From: Paraspadella gotoi
Taxonomy: Eukaryota; Animalia; Chaetognatha
Direction: 5' to 3'
DNA: 64,000 bases
NCBI GenBank assembly: GCA_051294375.1
Contig: CM119267.1
Location: 14,129,694 to 14,193,693 of the forward strand
Below the pieces are notes generated by a model. It had not been told where the DNA came from, made no database searches, and worked only from the letters and a program-made list of their open reading frames with translations. Positions 52,864 to 64,000 of the stretch are shown piece after piece. The translations under genes and the position numbers were made by a program. Every line of letters begins with the position of its first letter. The first letter of the stretch is position 1.

Positions 52864-53129
52864 AACAACGAAACAAGAATAAGGAACAGTAAGCAATAAT
52901 GAAAAGGAAATTAGAAAAAATACATAATTAAAAATAAGAACTAATAAACAAATTATTGATAGAAATCTTAAATTATAGTTAATATTTAATAAATCAATAA
53001 GAAGATTTACAGTGACGTTTGCTTATTTGCTAGCTAAAATGCAATATTTAACGCTATCAAGCATAACGCAGATTACTAAATATGTTAATGTTGAATATAA
53101 TCTCAGTGATGTGCGATCGTCATGTGAAT

Positions 53130-53175
<46 letters not shown>

Positions 53176-53177
53176 CT

Positions 53178-53217
<40 letters not shown>

Positions 53218-53619
53218 ATCTATATAATCTCTTCTCTCTGACCGGATCATGTCATGACTAGAAAGACGACAATACGTATTATTCTTACTAAAAAATATTT
53301 CCTTTTTTCTTTCCCCCTTTTCCCGACTGTTCCCCCCCCCCCCACCGAGCCTCTTCACATTGTTTTCAAGGGAATCAAAGCTGATAGGAGGACGGAGGGA
53401 CACTTCTGACTTTTGCACCCATCAAGATATCTCCACTGCTGCCGTTATCAACGGCTTCTCTCGGCTTCTCCCTTTTTTCGAACTGAGAATAAAAAAAATA
53501 AAAAAATTTAAATATTTTCGCAATCGAATCATTTTATTCTTATTTATGAAAACAAAAAGAACAAATTAAACGAAGCAAACAAAAAGTTAAAGACAGCTTT
53601 GATATTTTTGCTTTCGAAA

Positions 53620-62485
<8,866 letters not shown>

Positions 62486-62614
62486 GCCGTAGAGCGCTGG
62501 TGTAGCTGGGATTATAATATTGTTTCAAGTAGTTATCCTATTCTTGCTTTTTCTCTCTCTCTCTCTCTCTCTCTTCTCCTTTTCTTCTCTCTCTCTCTCT
62601 CTCTCTCTCTCTTC

Positions 62615-62651
<37 letters not shown>

Positions 62652-63467
62652 CTCTTTGTCTATCTCAAATCAATCAGGTCAAATGACCAGGAGCGTGCGT
62701 TTGCCCCGCCGCTCAATTTGACCGTCTTCCCTCCGCTCATCCGTCTGTTCGTCCGTCAAATTTATTCGAAAATTAATCGATCGTTTAATGACTCTCTTAC
62801 ATGCGAAGATCGTCCACCGATTTTAATTTGCTGGATTAAACTTTAATTAGTCCTCCAATTTTTTTCATATGACATAAAAATCTATTATTAGTAGAAAATG
62901 TTATTTGTTATATTTAATATTTTAAAATCTGTAAATATGTAGTTGGGACATGGCTTCAAAAACTCAATTATTTACAAAATTCATAATGTATTTGATGTGC
63001 TTCTTTGTAATCAAGCCGATATCGACAATTACTTTTCTCCGAACTTACAAATTTAATTCATCAAGTTTTTGACACAGAATTTATTATCGCGCTTTAAATG
63101 ACAACAGATTATTAAAGCATATCGCATATTTAAGATCTTATGTAAATTTTCTTTATATTTGTTTAAATCTGAAAAGACGAAATATTTTAAAAATGGCATG
63201 TGGGGCGTTTAGATCTCATTAGAAAGATCCTTCTTCCCAAAAATATTCATCCATCATTTTTGGTAAAATATTTTGTGTACATAAGTGTTGATGCATTAAT
63301 TATGATATGAATAAAACCTAAAATTGTTTGTCTTTTGTCTAATGAGAAAATTTATTTGATAAAACGAGATACAAATGGTGCTCATGAGATAGACGGTAGA
63401 TCTGGGGAGATTTCACCAAAAATTCAATTATTGATATAGAAGATATATCTCGAAAATCATATTCAAA

Positions 63468-63506
<39 letters not shown>

Positions 63507-64000
63507 TTTACCGTTGCGTTGTGGCCAGGTTATTGGAGTGTTTTCGAGAAGAGACCTTTGACTCAATGACGGTAATCCAGATGACGGAGGAAACGACTCA
63601 CGTTTACAACTGAGTCGGGCAATCTTTAGTCTTAATGTTGCTTTTATCAAATATAATTTATAAGGAAACAAACGCGTCAATTTTCTAGGCAGCCTAACCT
63701 CCCTAGCAGGAAGATTCCAGTGACTCCACGACTTTGTCATCGATCCCTACCTTCAACCTCCCCTGCCCTGCCCTCCCCCCCCAACGTCACAGATTCAGGA
63801 GCTACTCTTTATCTCCTTTCTTATCTAATCAAAGTTTTAGATCTCGACCGGAAAAAAAAATAGGACAAATTTTGAAGAATAATTTTTCGGGTGCGGCAGT
63901 TGGTAACTTTGAATCACTCCGTCGGAGGCGCTGAACTTTCCGACTTTTTGCCGCCATTTTACAAGATTTTGCGAAGGCGAATTCTCAACTTTTTTAGCAA

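Noticed and set aside
63339-64000. A further gene at the right edge (minus-strand aaaATGGCG at ~63957; possible exon 63512-63609)
   Set aside because: Short frames with no recognisable domain, truncated by the window end.

Overview
AT-rich animal (protostome/spiralian-like) genomic DNA packed with (GA)n/(CT)n microsatellites; the short GC-rich islands are exons, and almost every ORF in the supplied track is noise. Two plus-strand genes can be rebuilt by hand from GT-AG exons with matching phases. (1) A protostome-type cytoplasmic intermediate filament (IF) gene, 18576-~50900: long coil 1B, KLALDAEICTYRRLLQGEE rod end, lamin-tail domain, no NLS or CaaX, and exon 1 not found in the window. After the rod, one phase-1 donor can join several alternative tail exons: a Gly/Ser keratin-like terminal exon, a very short terminal exon, candidate cassette/micro-exons, or the lamin-tail-domain exons. 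(2) A complete 21-exon mesh/SUSD2-like gene, 53620-62485: signal peptide-NIDO-IPT-AMOP-VWD-Sushi-TM-cytoplasmic tail, about 1210 aa, one apparent 1-nt frameshift. The region 11.0-46.0 kb holds 2-4 indel-riddled copies of IF segments, one inverted, mostly joined by exactly 25-N gaps; these are most likely long-read gap-filling artefacts. The best leads are the IF tail-switching module, strong RNA hairpins near the Gly/Ser exon, and a 69-bp repeat that quadruplicates a mesh splice donor. All splicing calls are manual and lack transcript support.
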